DNA of 51,061 bases from an uncultured Candidatus Saccharibacteria bacterium (GTDB taxonomy: Bacteria > Patescibacteriota > Minisyncoccia > Minisyncoccales > JAHCRE01): positions 1 to 51,061 of the forward strand of contig CAYHAF010000001.1 of assembly GCA_964354555.1 (NCBI GenBank), given 5' to 3'. Positions 33,873-43,218 of this stretch are shown piece after piece. Positions within the stretch are counted from its first letter, which is position 1. Each line of letters opens with the position of its first letter. Under the pieces are notes generated by a model, which did not search any database, was not told where the DNA came from, and saw nothing but the letters and a program-made list of their open reading frames with translations. The translations under genes and the position numbers were made by a program.

Positions 33873-34811
33873 TTATTTCTCTTCTTTTAATTCAAACCCT
33901 TTTCTCTTTAAAACTCTCTTTATCTCTTTTACTCCTTTTCCACCCATTCCTTTTAATTCTAAAAGAGATTTTTCATTCTTTCTTAAAATTCCACCCAAAG
34001 TCTTAATGTTACTATTCAATAAGGCATTTTTAGTTCTTAAAGAAACTTTTAATTCTTCAACTGCAATTTTTGTCAAATCTTCTTCTGATCCTTTCTTTTT
34101 TGTTTCAGCTTTTTTCTCCTCTTTGGGCACAGTAACGCCTTCAAATAATAAAGAGAAGTGCTTCACTAATATTTCTGACGCCTGCAGAAACGCCTCTTCA
34201 GGAGTAATCGTTCCATCGGTTTCAATTTCTAAAGATAACCTATCAAAATCAGTCCTGTCACCAACTCTCATATTTTCCACATTAAAACTTACTCTTCTTA
34301 AGGGTGTAAAAATAGCATCAAGCGCAATTACCCCTATTTCCAGTTTTTCTTTTTTTCTCCTCTCTACAGAAACATATCCAATCCCTTTTTCAATTTGAAT
34401 TTCGATGTCTAGCTCTGCTTTTTTTTCGGTTAAGGTAGCTATATGGTTAGATTTATTAATTAATTCAACCTGGCTTGGCAATTCAAAATCTGAGCCCTTT
34501 ACCTCTTTTTCACCCTTGATTTTTAATCTCACCTTCTGAGGTTCTTCGGTATACATTTTAAATCTAAGCTGTTTAAGGTTTAAACCTAATGTTATAACAT
34601 CTTCAAGAACTCCTGAAATATTAGAAAATTCATGCTGGACTCCTTTTATCTTCATCTGGGTCACCGCTGCTCCTGGCAAAGAAGAAAGTAAAACGCGCCT
34701 TAGGCTATTTCCAATAGTTGCCCCATAGCCCGGATAAAGACCTTCAATCTCAAAAGTGGCAATATTCGGCGCTTTTTTCGTTATTTTTGGTTTTTGAGGT
34801 AAAGAAATCAT
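33873..34811 (-). CDS. rpoA: RNA polymerase alpha subunit
   Basis: 312 aa. N-terminal dimerisation domain and C-terminal domain (LRTKNALLNSNIKTLG). Confidence 0.95.
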   Translation of the reverse strand: MISLPQKPKITKKAPNIATFEIEGLYPGYGATIGNSLRRVLLSSLPGAAVTQMKIKGVQHEFSNISGVLEDVITLGLNLKQLRFKMYTEEPQKVRLKIKGEKEVKGSDFELPSQVELINKSNHIATLTEKKAELDIEIQIEKGIGYVSVERRKKEKLEIGVIALDAIFTPLRRVSFNVENMRVGDRTDFDRLSLEIETDGTITPEEAFLQASEILVKHFSLLFEGVTVPKEEKKAETKKKGSEEDLTKIAVEELKVSLRTKNALLNSNIKTLGGILRKNEKSLLELKGMGGKGVKEIKRVLKRKGFELKEEK

Positions 34812-34817
34812 ATTTTT

Positions 34818-34904
34818 CCTACCAATTACGAATTTTTACGAATTTACGAATATTCTGTTTTTTCTTTTTAATTCGTATATTCGTACTGATTTGTAATTCG
34901 TAGG
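34818..34904. repeat. PE-G: TACGAAT x3 / ATTCGTA x3 long AT-rich palindrome between rpsD and rpoA
   Basis: The arms begin right after the rpsD stop and end at GTAGGAAAAATATG of rpoA. 18 nt GTAATTCGTAGGATGTTA is identical to 50971-50988. Confidence 0.75.
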
Positions 34905-34907
34905 ATG

Positions 34908-35537
34908 TTATCTTGAATAAAACTCAAAAATTGATGCAATTTCTACTGGAACGATTATGTCTTCCAGCGTCGGCTCTTCTTTCAATTTTCCTTCAAATTT
35001 TTCAACATTAAACTCAAGCCAGCTCGGAACTTTAGCTTTTTTAACAATACTCTTAATATCTTTAAAAACAGCTTTTTTAGTCTTTTGGGGCTTAATAGAA
35101 ATAATATCGCCTTTTTTTAATTGACGGGAGGGAATATTTGTCGGCTTACCATTCACTAAAAAATAACCATGCGAAACTAACTGCCGGGCTTGGCTCCTCG
35201 ACGCAGTAAAACCTAATTTAAAAACGACGTTATCAAAACGCGATTCTAAAATTTTAACCAACAAGTCCGAGGCGTTTTCTACCTTTCCCCGTTTTTTTAA
35301 TACTCCTTTTACGTAATTTTTAAACTGCCTTTCTTTTAAATTATACAAATTTTTCAACTTCTGTTTTTCTCTCAACTCCCGCCCATATTCAGAAAGAGGA
35401 GTTGGTCTCCTTTTCCCTTTTTTGCCTGGCGGATAAGGTTTTTTAATCATCTGACATTTCTGGGTAACGCAACGCTCCCCTTTCAAAAAAAGCTTGACTC
35501 CCATTCTTCGGCAAATTTTACATTTAGGATCTGACAT
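34908..35537 (-). CDS. rpsD: 30S ribosomal protein S4
   Basis: 209 aa. N-terminal CxxC..C..C zinc motif and S4 domain. Confidence 0.95.
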   Translation of the reverse strand: MSDPKCKICRRMGVKLFLKGERCVTQKCQMIKKPYPPGKKGKRRPTPLSEYGRELREKQKLKNLYNLKERQFKNYVKGVLKKRGKVENASDLLVKILESRFDNVVFKLGFTASRSQARQLVSHGYFLVNGKPTNIPSRQLKKGDIISIKPQKTKKAVFKDIKSIVKKAKVPSWLEFNVEKFEGKLKEEPTLEDIIVPVEIASIFEFYSR

Positions 35538-35544
35538 AGTGGTA

Positions 35545-35672
35545 ATACTTACTCAGGTCGCGGCACGCCTCACTTTGTTCGGCTAACGCCGCTCTTTAAC
35601 AACCCTCGGTTTTTAATCTTTTCCTACTCGGGGACACCGAAGGGTTTTCCCGACCCCTTTCCGATTTAATTT
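35545..35672 (-). other. GC-rich multi-hairpin element in the rpsK-rpsD spacer (copy 2 of 2)
   Basis: The core 35591-35664 aligns with 24562-24663, with compensatory changes in two stems. Confidence 0.65.
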
Positions 35673-35689
35673 GCGGTATTCGCATTATG

Positions 35690-36142
35690 TTATACTCTTC
35701 TAACTTTTCTTGGCCTGCAACCATTATGAGGAATCGGAGTCATATCTTTTATTGAAATTATGTTTAATCCTCTCACAGCCAAAGACCTAATGGCTGATTC
35801 TCTGCCTGAACCTATTCCTTTAACAAAAACCTCTACATTTTCTATGCCTATTTTTTTTGCTCTCTGTACCATTGCTTCTGCTACTTTTGAAGCAGCAAAA
35901 GGAGTAGCTTTCTTGGCTCCTTTAAAGCCAATATTACTAGCGCTTGTCCAACATAAAGCATTACCCCTCTGGTCGGTTAGAGTCATGATTGTATTATTAT
36001 ATGAAGAGGAAATATAAATCCTTCCTTCTCTTAGCTTTTGACCTGACTGAACTTTTATCTCTTTTTTCATCGCTGCATCTATTTTTTCTCTTTCTTTTAA
36101 AAGCTCCTCTTCGCTTTTTTCAATTACATGTTTTTTTCCCAT
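35690..36142 (-). CDS. rpsK: 30S ribosomal protein S11 (start trimmed to MGKKHV)
   Basis: The ORF track 204-aa version overlaps rpsM. The ATG at 36142 gives 150 aa with the S11 core SSSYNNTIMTLTD. Confidence 0.9.
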   Translation of the reverse strand: MGKKHVIEKSEEELLKEREKIDAAMKKEIKVQSGQKLREGRIYISSSYNNTIMTLTDQRGNALCWTSASNIGFKGAKKATPFAASKVAEAMVQRAKKIGIENVEVFVKGIGSGRESAIRSLAVRGLNIISIKDMTPIPHNGCRPRKVRRV

Positions 36143-36164
36143 AGAAGTGTTGCCTAAGATATTA

Positions 36165-36554
36165 CTACGTTGGCTCTGGAGGTGGTTTTCTGCCTGAACC
36201 AACTGTTTTCCTAACGTTTCCTCTAACTGTCCTGGTATTTGTCCTCGTTCTTTGCCCCCTGACAGGCAATTTTTTAATATGACGCAGACCGCGCCAAGTA
36301 CCAATATCCTTTAGTCTTTTAACATTCATCATCACTTCTCTTCTTAAATCGCCTTCAACTTTATGTTTTTTCTCGATAATTTCTTTAAGTTTATTAATTT
36401 CTTCTACGCTCAACTCTGAAGCTCTTATTGATGGATTTACTTTTGCTTCAGCCAAAATTTTCCTACTTAATGGTAGACCTATCCCATGAATATAAGTCAA
36501 AGCAATCTCTATTTGTTTTTTTTCCGGAACATTAATTCCCGCTATACGTGGCAT
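36165..36554 (-). CDS. rpsM: 30S ribosomal protein S13
   Basis: 129 aa. [11 protein letters not shown]-terminus. Confidence 0.95.
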   Translation of the reverse strand: MPRIAGINVPEKKQIEIALTYIHGIGLPLSRKILAEAKVNPSIRASELSVEEINKLKEIIEKKHKVEGDLRREVMMNVKRLKDIGTWRGLRHIKKLPVRGQRTRTNTRTVRGNVRKTVGSGRKPPPEPT

Positions 36555-36625
36555 TTCTTTAGTGTTTAGTGAATAGTACTTAGCCGATAGAACTGATCGC
36601 TAAAGACTAAGCACTAACTGCTATT

Positions 36626-36739
<114 letters not shown>

Positions 36740-36801
36740 AATTATTGGCTGTTTTGAAACATAAAAAAACAACAAAATGTCCAAACTTATTCTTTTCTTT
36801 T

Positions 36802-37023
36802 TTATCTCCCCCTATAAATTATCCTGCCTCTTTTATCATCATACTGACTCATTTCCACAGTAACCTTATCTCCAGGTAGAATCTTAATCCTATTAATTCT
36901 CAATTTTCCGGCCAAATGGGCAATTATTTCACTTCCGTCGTCTAATTTAACCTTGAAGCTCGTGCTCGGCAAAGACTCCAAAACAATTCCTGATTTTCTC
37001 AAAAATTTTTTATTTTGATTCAT
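36802..37023 (-). CDS. infA: translation initiation factor IF-1
   Basis: 73 aa, S1-like fold sequence. GGAGGT Shine-Dalgarno upstream. Confidence 0.95.
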   Translation of the reverse strand: MNQNKKFLRKSGIVLESLPSTSFKVKLDDGSEIIAHLAGKLRINRIKILPGDKVTVEMSQYDDKRGRIIYRGR

Positions 37024-37092
37024 CAGTTAGATTTTTTACCTCCTGGCTTTTTAAGCCATTGGTAATGATTAAGGATAACAAATTACTTTTTA

Positions 37093-38328
37093 TTAGTCAA
37101 TAGTCAGCTTAATCTTCATTTTTTCACTATTATCTGGGACATTTTTTATCCAGGGCGGCCATGATATTATTTGGACCTTTTTAATTTGGTCCTGGTTCTC
37201 TAAAATATCCTGAGCCTCTTTAAAGGTTTTACCTTTTAATGTTTCTTTTAAAGACGAACTGTCAATATCTGAGTAAATTTTTGCCGAAAAAACCAACTTC
37301 AAAACTATTTTCCCGATGCTTAGATTTATAGACTCCGGAGAATAATCTGTTTTTAGTGAGCTTTCTTGGATTTTTTTCCTTTCTGTTGTTTTAGATAAAA
37401 TGAATTCTTTAGCAAAATTTTCTATATCACTTTTCTTGAAAACCAAAGCCTGCGATTTAACTTTTACCTTAAAATCAAAATATTGAGTTTCTGAACCCGC
37501 TTCAAAAGAAGAAGAGGCTTCTAAAATTTCTTCTTTTATAACGTCGTCCACATTTAATAAGACAAATTCGTTTGCAGCTTTGTTTTTTAAAGATTCTTTG
37601 GCTTCAGTAAATAATTTTTCAGCTAAGATATTTTTAGCACTCTCTAAATCTTCTTTTTCAACTTTCCATATTTCTCCTTTAAATCCTCCTATCATTGGAG
37701 AAAAAGACTTGCCGTAAATACTGGAATATTGCGGCAAACCAACTAAACCGGGAATAGAAAAAGTGGCTGGTTTAATATTATATTCTTCACCTGGTCTATC
37801 AGCTACGACATCAATATCAAGAGTGCCCTTAGCTGGGACAGTAACTGCTTTAGTTGAACGGAAATAAAGCACATTTTCTTCCGAAGGCGCTTGAAAACGA
37901 GTATTAACAGTTAAAGTTTGAGAAAGATGATAATTATTGAATATCTTTATCTTGCCATTGGCCTTGCTTTCTTTTGATGTTTTGCCGGACGATGGAAATG
38001 ACTGGGAAGTTGTGATTTCTCCGGTATCGATAATATGAGCTGGAATAGTTTTACTCGAAAGTAAATCATTAGCATTTTCCTTTGTTAAATCAGCGGTTAT
38101 TTCCTCTTTGAAATCTAAAGGTTCGGTTTCTAACCAAATTTCAATCCTAACTTCAGAAAAAACAAAATGAATCAAGAAAAAAACCGAAATCAAGGCTAAA
38201 AAAATAGTGATTATTATTTTTTTTCTAAAACTCCAAAATTTTTTAGTTTTATATGGTAAAGAAAAAAGCTTGTCTTTGAAAGCCTTAGTTGACGTTGGTG
38301 GAAAAATATCAATAATCTTTTTCGGCAT
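37093..38328 (-). CDS. hypothetical membrane-anchored protein
   Basis: 411 aa, one N-terminal TM, no recognised motif. Confidence 0.5.
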   Translation of the reverse strand: MPKKIIDIFPPTSTKAFKDKLFSLPYKTKKFWSFRKKIIITIFLALISVFFLIHFVFSEVRIEIWLETEPLDFKEEITADLTKENANDLLSSKTIPAHIIDTGEITTSQSFPSSGKTSKESKANGKIKIFNNYHLSQTLTVNTRFQAPSEENVLYFRSTKAVTVPAKGTLDIDVVADRPGEEYNIKPATFSIPGLVGLPQYSSIYGKSFSPMIGGFKGEIWKVEKEDLESAKNILAEKLFTEAKESLKNKAANEFVLLNVDDVIKEEILEASSSFEAGSETQYFDFKVKVKSQALVFKKSDIENFAKEFILSKTTERKKIQESSLKTDYSPESINLSIGKIVLKLVFSAKIYSDIDSSSLKETLKGKTFKEAQDILENQDQIKKVQIISWPPWIKNVPDNSEKMKIKLTID

Positions 38329-38329
38329 A

Positions 38330-38478
38330 CCTGGTAGTAGAAATTAGACTAAAATTAATTTTAACGTTGCTGCCCGCCCCGTAGTAGAATTTCGACAGGA
38401 GCGAAGCTCTTTATTTACCCGTAGGGTAGTCGAAATTTCACTACGGGGCCCGGCAGCAGTCGAATTTTCACTACCGGG
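38330..38478. repeat. nested PE-C palindromes (hairpin inside hairpin) filling an entire intergenic spacer
   Basis: Outer arms 38330-38349 / 38459-38478. Inner arms 38369-38396 / 38429-38457. Core hairpins GAGC/GCTC and TACCC/GGGTA. Confidence 0.75.
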
Positions 38479-38483
38479 CATAT

Positions 38484-39755
38484 TTAACTAAAAAAGCTGT
38501 CTTTATCGATAGGTAGACAGGCTAAAATTAAATTAATATCCTGGGTAGAAATTAAACCTTTGGTCCTGTCCTCAATAATTTTAAGATCTTGAGGACGAAA
38601 TAATCTTACTTTTGGCTGAGAAAAAAATGGTAATTCTTCCCAATTTCCTTCCTCCAAAATTTCCTGAATTTCGGGTAGTAAACTTCCTCCTCCAAAAAGA
38701 ATAATATAATTTGGTAAAATGGTTTTTTGTTCTAATAAAATAATCCTTAATGATTTTTTAAGACTCTCAAACCAAGACTGACGCTCTTCAGAAAGAATTT
38801 CTCTGACTTTTTTTCTCACTTCCTCTGATAAAAGCAAGTTAGAGTAATTATGTTTTAAATTTCTTGAATCTTCTAGGTTTAATCCTAGAATTTTAGAAAT
38901 CCTTTCTGTAAAATCAAATCCCCCATTATCAAATTCGAAAATTAAATCTATCTTTCCTCTTTTAACCAGAAAAAGCTGAGAAATTTCTCCTCCAACGTCT
39001 AAAAATATTGCTTCCCCATCTTTATCAGAAAACAAATAGCTTAAATTTTGGCTTTTATTTAACAATCCCGGAATATTCAGTTTAAAATTTCCAAAAATTT
39101 TCTCTATATTTTTAAGATAACTTTTAAATAAAAAGGAGAGAATTAACCGAAAATCTAATTTTTTACCCTTAAATCCCTCGAGTTTAGTTATATTATATCC
39201 GTCAAATTTTATTTCTAAAATCTTGGAAGAAAGAAATTGAATATCGTCTGGCATAATACCGAATTGCTGAGAAAAATCTATTAAAATCTTATTTCTGGCT
39301 TTTTGCGAAACGGTTTTATAAATTTCGGCTTCTTCCTTATTGCTGATTTTTAACTCCTGATTTTCTCTCTCAAAAGATTGGAATATTATTTTTTCTTTCA
39401 AAATATTAGGCGACAAACTGACTAAGATTGGCAAATCGTTAATTTGAATATTGGTTTTTCGTCCAAAGTTCTGAAGAAAATTATAATAAGCACCTTTAAT
39501 AGATTCAGAAATTTTATTCTTAATATTAATCTCTCCAAAATCCCTCAGATTAAAAACATCCGATCTTTCGAAATACTCTTGGTGTTTTCCCAAAATTACA
39601 AATTTTATACTTTCTTCTTTTCTAAAAACTGGCTTCTGGAAAATTATCGATTTTATTGCTTCAGTTCCAATATCTAAAGCTAAAAAATAATCAGATTTTA
39701 TCTTATCAAAATATAAAGGTTTTTGATTTTGAAGCAGAATTTTATTAAAATCCAT
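38484..39755 (-). CDS. actin-fold ATPase (FtsA/PilM-like)
   Basis: 423 aa. LDIGTEAIKS, DVGGEISQ and FGGGSLLPEI phosphate/adenosine motifs. Confidence 0.6.
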   Translation of the reverse strand: MDFNKILLQNQKPLYFDKIKSDYFLALDIGTEAIKSIIFQKPVFRKEESIKFVILGKHQEYFERSDVFNLRDFGEINIKNKISESIKGAYYNFLQNFGRKTNIQINDLPILVSLSPNILKEKIIFQSFERENQELKISNKEEAEIYKTVSQKARNKILIDFSQQFGIMPDDIQFLSSKILEIKFDGYNITKLEGFKGKKLDFRLILSFLFKSYLKNIEKIFGNFKLNIPGLLNKSQNLSYLFSDKDGEAIFLDVGGEISQLFLVKRGKIDLIFEFDNGGFDFTERISKILGLNLEDSRNLKHNYSNLLLSEEVRKKVREILSEERQSWFESLKKSLRIILLEQKTILPNYIILFGGGSLLPEIQEILEEGNWEELPFFSQPKVRLFRPQDLKIIEDRTKGLISTQDINLILACLPIDKDSFFS

Positions 39756-39815
39756 ATCTAAATTATACCTTTAGGAATATTTTTAGCTCTACTAAAATTA
39801 TATCAAAAATATTAA

Positions 39816-41573
39816 TTATTCTAAAATCGCACGGATTCTTCTTACTCCAGCACCCGATGATTCTTCTTTTATGATTTTAAATTTACCTAACTCTGAAGTT
39901 CTGTTAGTATGGGGTCCGGCACAGATTTCTCTTGAAAAATTACCTACCGAATAAATGCTGACTTTTCCAGGGTATTTTTCCTTGAAAAAGGCTAAACTGC
40001 CTGATTTTAACGCCTCCTCGTAATTCATTTCTTCTTTTTTAACTTCTAAATCTTCTTTAATTTTTTGATTTACCAAATCTTCCACTTTTTTTATTTCTTC
40101 TGGAGTCATCTTTCGGGGATGAGAAAAATCAAATCTTAATCTTTGAACCGTAATATCAGAACCCATCTGCTTCACATGAGACCCTAAAACATCTCTCAAT
40201 ACTTGGTGTAATAAATGGGTGGCGGTGTGAAGTTTTGCCGACTGATAAGTCGCCTCTTTTCCCACTCCACCAAACTTCTTTTCTGCACCAGCTCGGGAAA
40301 TTTTTCGGTGCTGCTCAAATGCTTTCTTAAAACCTTCGGTATCCAAACTTAAGCCTTTTTCTTTTGCTAATTCCTGAGTTAATTCAAAAGGGAAACCAAG
40401 AGTATCAAAAAGATGAAAGCAATCCTCTCCTGAAATATTCCCTATTTTTGAGATTTTTTCAAATTGCGTCAATCCCCTTTTTAAAGTTTTCTCAAACTTT
40501 TCTTCTTCATTTTGAATTGCAACCAGAATATCATTTTCTCTTGTCTTTACTTCTAAATATATCTCTTTATATATTTCAATTACTTTTTGTGCTAAAGGAA
40601 TTAAAAAATTCTTCGGTAAATTAAGTAATTTTCCGTACCTAATTGCTCTTCTTAAAACTCTTCTTAAAATATAGCCTCTTTCAACATTTGAAGGAAAAAT
40701 TCCTTCTGAAATTAAAAAAACTGCACTTCTTATATGGTCGGCAATAATTCTATATGATTTTAAATCTAAAGTATAGGGTTTATTTGCGTTTTTTTCTATC
40801 TCTTTAATAATCGGAAAAAATAAATCTGTTTCAAAAACTGATTGTTTTTCTTGAACTACAGCCATTAATCTTTCCAAACCCATCCCGGTATCAACACCTT
40901 TTTGTTTTAATGGCGTTAATTTACCATTTTGATCCTGATAATATTCGTTAAAAACTAAGTTCCAAACTTCAAAACCTTTAAGATAAATTTCACTGGTCGG
41001 ACCGCATGGACCTTCTAAACCCGTTGGCCCCCAGAAATTATCTTCTCTCCCCATTTTTTTTATCTTTGATTGGGAAATACCTAAATTCAGCCATATTTTT
41101 TCTGACTCTCTATCTTCAGGAATAACTTGCCCTGAGTCTGTCGAAGGGTCACCGGCGAAAACTGAAACGTAGTCAATTTTTAAGCCTAATTCTTTAACTA
41201 TGAACTCATACGCCGATTCAATTGTTTCTTTTTTAGAATAACCTGCCCCGTAGGCCCCGCCCTTTTCTGAAAAAGAGCGGGGTCCTTCGGGGTCTCCGAA
41301 GCTGAAATTCCCTAACATCTCTACAAAAGTTAAATGGCTTATATCCCCTACTGTTTCTATATCAGAAGTCCTAAAACATTTCTGGCAGGAAATGACTCTT
41401 TTTCCATAAGGAGATTCTTTGCCTAAAAAATACTCTTTAAATTGCTGCATTCCGGCTGTAGTAAATAAAACACTTGGATCAGTTGGCAAAAGCGAAGAAG
41501 AAGGTACAATCTTATGCCCTCGTTTCTCAAAAAAATCCAAAAATTTTTGCCGAATTTCATCAGAATCAATCAT
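39816..41573 (-). CDS. alaS: alanyl-tRNA synthetase, short form (585 aa), with two palindrome-derived in-frame inserts
   Basis: GNFSFGD, editing-domain HTATHLLH and CAGPH motifs. Much shorter than the roughly 870-aa canonical enzyme. Confidence 0.9.
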   Translation of the reverse strand: MIDSDEIRQKFLDFFEKRGHKIVPSSSLLPTDPSVLFTTAGMQQFKEYFLGKESPYGKRVISCQKCFRTSDIETVGDISHLTFVEMLGNFSFGDPEGPRSFSEKGGAYGAGYSKKETIESAYEFIVKELGLKIDYVSVFAGDPSTDSGQVIPEDRESEKIWLNLGISQSKIKKMGREDNFWGPTGLEGPCGPTSEIYLKGFEVWNLVFNEYYQDQNGKLTPLKQKGVDTGMGLERLMAVVQEKQSVFETDLFFPIIKEIEKNANKPYTLDLKSYRIIADHIRSAVFLISEGIFPSNVERGYILRRVLRRAIRYGKLLNLPKNFLIPLAQKVIEIYKEIYLEVKTRENDILVAIQNEEEKFEKTLKRGLTQFEKISKIGNISGEDCFHLFDTLGFPFELTQELAKEKGLSLDTEGFKKAFEQHRKISRAGAEKKFGGVGKEATYQSAKLHTATHLLHQVLRDVLGSHVKQMGSDITVQRLRFDFSHPRKMTPEEIKKVEDLVNQKIKEDLEVKKEEMNYEEALKSGSLAFFKEKYPGKVSIYSVGNFSREICAGPHTNRTSELGKFKIIKEESSGAGVRRIRAILE

Positions 41574-41669
41574 TTATTAATTCTACTCAAAATTACCGAA
41601 TAAAACAAATATAAAAAACCGCTTCCGCGGATCAATTCTCTATTCTACTTTCTAATTTCTATTTTCTGA

Positions 41670-42185
41670 TTACGTGTACCTGTCCGCCACTGTTGAAGCA
41701 ACGAAAGATTCGGGCTTTATTTTGGGCTCAAATCCATTTCCCCGAATTAAACCAATAACTTCTCTTATCATATCTTTTGTCTGGCCATTTTCCCCGATAT
41801 CAGCATGAATATAACGGAATTCATAATCAGGAAATTCCGGCAAAGCTTTCACCTTTTTTTCAAAATTTTCTCTAAAAAACAAAGCTAACTGGCAAGAAAG
41901 CATTACTTCCTCTAAAATTCTAAGTTTCCAGTTAACGAATATTTTTTCAGAACTGGAATATTTTACTTTTCTAATAAAAAACCTGCCTCCTTCTCCCTTT
42001 CTTAAGACAACTACCACTACCGGGAAATTAGGTTCCTCATTAGATGGAGAATCACAACCAACAATAATATCATAAAATCTGTCAGGTTTTTCTTTAATAT
42101 AGTTCATAATCTCTTCCATAACCTGATCTACAGAAATATTCCCTTTGCTGGGATTATAAAAATATCCTTGAGAAAACTCTTCCAT
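41670..42185 (-). CDS. YkuK/DUF458-like RNase H-fold protein
   Basis: 171 aa. IIVGCDS motif and overall resemblance to the YkuK family (from memory). Confidence 0.5.
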   Translation of the reverse strand: MEEFSQGYFYNPSKGNISVDQVMEEIMNYIKEKPDRFYDIIVGCDSPSNEEPNFPVVVVVLRKGEGGRFFIRKVKYSSSEKIFVNWKLRILEEVMLSCQLALFFRENFEKKVKALPEFPDYEFRYIHADIGENGQTKDMIREVIGLIRGNGFEPKIKPESFVASTVADRYT

Positions 42186-42237
42186 ATATGTTTAATATTA
42201 GTCCAAAATAAAAAAAGGTCAACCCCTTCGTAATAGC

Positions 42238-43191
42238 CCAATAGCTTGGAAACGATCTGATACAATATATCTGATACAATATACATGTATCAATAAATCA
42301 TTTCTAAATATGCCATACACAATTAATCCTCAAATGCCTAAACTACGGGCAAGAGCAGTTAATATGGTCAGAGCGGGCAAATCAATCAGCGAAGTGGCCA
42401 GATATTTTGGCTATTCAAAGGGCGCGGTCAGCAAATGGAATCAGAAAGTTCCGCCAGGAGGAGTGCGTGAAATTCCAACTCGGTCTTCTCGGCCCCATCA
42501 TCACCCACGGGAACTATCAGAAGAAATCGTTAAAGCTATCGTTGCTTGTAGAAAGAAATACAAACGTTGCAGCGATGTCATCCACCAACATTTAATTAAG
42601 GATGGAATCAGAGTCTGTTTAAACAGCGTAAAACGAAAATTGGACGATGCCGGATTGATCAAGAAACGCAGTCCCTGGAAAAGATTGCATCTGCCAATTG
42701 AGCGTCCTCTGCCTTTAAAACCTGGGGATTTGGTCATTGTTGATACCATTCATCTAATGGTGAATGGAAAGAAAAGAATCTATGTCTATACTTTAATCGA
42801 CGTCTATTCGCGCTGGTGCTTTGCTTGGGCGACAGGAAGGATTAATACAAGATTAAGCATTGGATTTTTGAAGAAAGCCCGAGCCTTAGCGCCGTTTAGG
42901 TTTAATTGCATCCAATCCGATTATGGCAGTGAATTTTCCCAACATTTCAGCGAACGAATAAAGATATTGCATCGGCATTCCAGGGTTAGAAAACCCAATG
43001 ACAATTCCTATCTTGAAAGATTCAACCGGACTTTGCAGGAAGAATGCTTAAGAAATTTGCCGGTTGATGTTAAAATATTCAATAAAGCATTACCAGAATA
43101 TTTAAACTATTACAACCAAGAAAGATTACATATGGGAATCAATTTTCAAACACCAAATCAATTACTAAAATGTTTCCAAGCTATTGGATAG
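42238..43191 (+). mobile_element. IS481-family insertion sequence
   Basis: Perfect 16-bp inverted repeats CCAATAGCTTGGAAAC (42238-42253) / GTTTCCAAGCTATTGG (43172-43187). Flanking ATAGC / ATAGA may be a target duplication. 14-nt tandem duplication at 42255-42282. Confidence 0.85.
42310..43191 (+). CDS. DDE (rve) transposase, IS481 family
   Basis: 293 aa. N-terminal HTH, and a DDE candidate triad in VIVDTIH, IQSDYGSEF and LERFNRTLQEE. Confidence 0.85.
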   Translation: MPYTINPQMPKLRARAVNMVRAGKSISEVARYFGYSKGAVSKWNQKVPPGGVREIPTRSSRPHHHPRELSEEIVKAIVACRKKYKRCSDVIHQHLIKDGIRVCLNSVKRKLDDAGLIKKRSPWKRLHLPIERPLPLKPGDLVIVDTIHLMVNGKKRIYVYTLIDVYSRWCFAWATGRINTRLSIGFLKKARALAPFRFNCIQSDYGSEFSQHFSERIKILHRHSRVRKPNDNSYLERFNRTLQEECLRNLPVDVKIFNKALPEYLNYYNQERLHMGINFQTPNQLLKCFQAIG

Positions 43192-43218
43192 AAAACGCCC
43201 CCTTTTTGGTTATGCATT

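Noticed and set aside
34818-34904. CRISPR-like array (repeated TACGAAT units; also AGCTTCTAG units at 23407-23466)
   Set aside because: The units are only 7-9 nt, are arranged as inverted sets with 1-7-nt gaps, and have no spacers of CRISPR size.
35690-36304. 204-aa ORF-track version of the S11 gene
   Set aside because: Its first 54 codons overlap rpsM out of frame and have no S11 similarity. The internal ATG at 36142 gives a normal S11.
42255-42282. 14-nt tandem duplication as an independent regulatory repeat
   Set aside because: It lies inside the IS between the left IR and the transposase start, so it is most simply part of the IS. The TACAAT hexamers lack a well-spaced -35 element.
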